Below are positions 62,184-64,000 of a stretch of DNA of 64,000 bases, piece by piece. The stretch spans positions 32,001 to 96,000 of the forward strand of contig CAVWLW010000033.1 in NCBI GenBank assembly GCA_963755715.1. The letters are read 5' to 3'. The position numbers and the translations under genes are program-made. Position 1 is the first letter of the stretch. Each line of letters begins with the position of its first letter. The DNA comes from an uncultured delta proteobacterium (GTDB lineage Bacteria > Desulfobacterota > Binatia > UBA9968). The notes under the pieces are model-generated. The model did no database searches, was not told where the DNA came from, and worked only from the letters and a program-made list of their open reading frames with translations.

Positions 62184-63338
62184 TTGGGTCCGGTTTTTTT
62201 CCTCGCCGTTATCTTTCTGATCAACTTTACATCGCGAATCATCCTCTCGCCGCTATTGCCGACGATCGAAAGAGAATTGGCGATCAGCCATAGCCAAGCA
62301 GGATTCTTTTTCTTTTTGACCTCCGGCGGTTATTTGGTCGGGCTGTTATTGTCGGGCTTGTTCGCGTCGCGCTCAACGCACCGGTTGGCAATTATTGTGT
62401 CGATCGCGGGCGTGGGGGTTGCGATGTTGACCGTTGCCTTCGCAACGAGCTTGTGGCTGATGCGCTGCGGTCTGTTCGGCGTCGGTTTCGCCGCGGGCTT
62501 ATATCTGCCCTCGGCAATCGCGACGATTACGTCGCTGGTTGACAAACGGCACTGGGGAAAAGCCATCTCGGTTCATGAGCTGGCGCCCAACGTGGCGTTT
62601 TTCGTCAGCCCGTTTATCGCCGAGTTATTTCTTCGCTGGGCGAGCTGGCGCGCCGCGCTGGGCTTCCTCGGCGCACTGTCGATCGCTGCCAGTGTAACGT
62701 TCAGCAAGTTTGGCCGCGGCGGCGGCTTTCTCGGCGAGTCGCCATTCTCCGCTACGTTCTGCGCGTTGGTGCGCGCGCCGGCGTTTTGGCTAATGGTCGT
62801 GCTGTTCGGTTTGGGTGTGAGCTCCACGATTGGCGTCTACGCGATGCTGCCGCTGTATCTGGTGACCGAACGCCACGTCGAGCCGAGTTGGGCCAACACG
62901 ATCGTGGCGCTCTCCCGTTCGTATGGTCCGATTCTTGCGCTGCTCGGCGGCTGGGCTTCGGATAAACTCGGAGCGAAGCAGACGATCGTCATCAGTTTGG
63001 TGTTCACCGGTGCCGCGACGTTGCTGCTCGGGCCGCTATCGGATCATTGGCTGAGCGTCGCAGTGTTGGTTCAACCATTGCTGGCAGTATGGTTTTTTCC
63101 GGCAGCCTTCGCGGCGATCGCCATGATCACGCCTCCTAATGCGCGCAATCTAGCGGTGGCATTTACAGTTCCCTTCGGGTTTCTCATCGGCGGCGGCGCG
63201 ATTCCCACTCTTATCGGAGCCATGGGCGACGCCGGTTCATTCGCCACAGGATTCATGTTGACCGGCGCTTTGATCGCCAGCGGGGGAATTTTAGGGCTGT
63301 TTCTCAAACTGCCTGCGGCGAGCGACGGAGAGAGGTGA
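62184..63338 (+). CDS. MFS transporter (true start possibly ATG 62141 with a frameshift)
   Basis: About 12 TM; SPLLPTIE, HWGKAISVHE, GGWASDKLGAK. Confidence 0.85.
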   Translation: MGPVFFLAVIFLINFTSRIILSPLLPTIERELAISHSQAGFFFFLTSGGYLVGLLLSGLFASRSTHRLAIIVSIAGVGVAMLTVAFATSLWLMRCGLFGVGFAAGLYLPSAIATITSLVDKRHWGKAISVHELAPNVAFFVSPFIAELFLRWASWRAALGFLGALSIAASVTFSKFGRGGGFLGESPFSATFCALVRAPAFWLMVVLFGLGVSSTIGVYAMLPLYLVTERHVEPSWANTIVALSRSYGPILALLGGWASDKLGAKQTIVISLVFTGAATLLLGPLSDHWLSVAVLVQPLLAVWFFPAAFAAIAMITPPNARNLAVAFTVPFGFLIGGGAIPTLIGAMGDAGSFATGFMLTGALIASGGILGLFLKLPAASDGER

Positions 63339-63381
63339 CGGTTATTGTTTTCGCCGCGCGGAGTAGTCTATAAATTGAGCC

Positions 63382-64000
63382 ATGATGACGTTGAGCGATT
63401 TTGCCGAAAAAATTCGCGAGAGCGAGGACATCGTCGTTTTTACCGGCGCCGGGATCAGTACGGAATCAGGCATTCCCGATTTTCGCAGTCCCGGTGGCAT
63501 CTGGACGCGTTACCGTCCGGTCACGTTTCAAGAATATATGAGCAGCGAAGCATCGCGCATCGAAGCCTGGAAACGACGCCTCGACGGCTGGGAACAGTAC
63601 AAAAACGCCAAACCGAATATCGGCCATTACTTTGTTCATTCATTGGACGCCAAGGGAAAACTCGTCGGCCTGATCACGCAGAATGTCGACGGCTTGCATA
63701 GCAGGGCGGGACTGCCGGATGAAAAAATTGTCGAGCTGCATGGCAGCAACCGCAAAGTCATTTGTCTACAGTGCGACCGGGAGTATGATCCGGACGAAGT
63801 GATCAAAAAACTCGTCGGGGATTTCGCGTCGCCGAAGTGCGATCAGTGCGGCGGCATTCTTAAGTCAGCCACGGTTTCTTTCGGCCAGGCGATGCCGGAA
63901 AATGCGATGCGTCTGGCTCAGGAATGGACAGAACAAGCCGAAGTTTTCATCGTCATGGGCTCGTCGCTGCAGGTGCAACCGGCGGCGTCATTTCCCGTGG
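63382..64000 (+). CDS. cobB: Sir2/CobB NAD-dependent protein deacylase (runs off window end; absent from ORF track)
   Basis: FTGAGISTESGIPDFR, LITQNVDGLH, ELHGS, CLQC..CDQC, MGSSLQVQPAA. Confidence 0.92.
   Translation, partial: MMTLSDFAEKIRESEDIVVFTGAGISTESGIPDFRSPGGIWTRYRPVTFQEYMSSEASRIEAWKRRLDGWEQYKNAKPNIGHYFVHSLDAKGKLVGLITQNVDGLHSRAGLPDEKIVELHGSNRKVICLQCDREYDPDEVIKKLVGDFASPKCDQCGGILKSATVSFGQAMPENAMRLAQEWTEQAEVFIVMGSSLQVQPAASFPV

Overview
GC-rich bacterial chromosome segment with about 65 genes and no rRNA, tRNA or CRISPR array. The gene content (several orphan NMT1/THI5-type solute-binding proteins, UbiD, VOC proteins, amidohydrolase, LLM monooxygenase) resembles Candidatus Binatia / Desulfobacterota_B; this is inference only. 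About 20 small frameshifts in otherwise intact genes point to an imperfect long-read consensus. Two regions stand out. (1) 18.4-29.3 kb: four exported CxxCH mono-heme/beta-propeller proteins (three tandem paralogs with invariant His motifs plus one divergent Vgb-like protein), facing an operon with a 4-His membrane protein (candidate di-heme b), a second membrane protein, a small periplasmic beta-sandwich protein and an SBP. This is a candidate uncharacterised periplasmic redox system. (2) 7.9-14.3 kb: an IspH-fold Fe-S protein that has lost its diphosphate-binding and catalytic residues, followed by a 2Fe-2S ferredoxin with a Cys-to-Asp ligand swap, an OCD/mu-crystallin protein, a hidden CxxU AhpD-like selenoprotein with a SECIS-like hairpin, GST, DinB and LLM. 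Also present: a sigma54-type promoter driving PLD/AI-2E opposite a CheB-CheR-PAS hybrid kinase, an IS200-type TnpA, a HigBA-like toxin-antitoxin pair with promoter and operator, and several gene relics.
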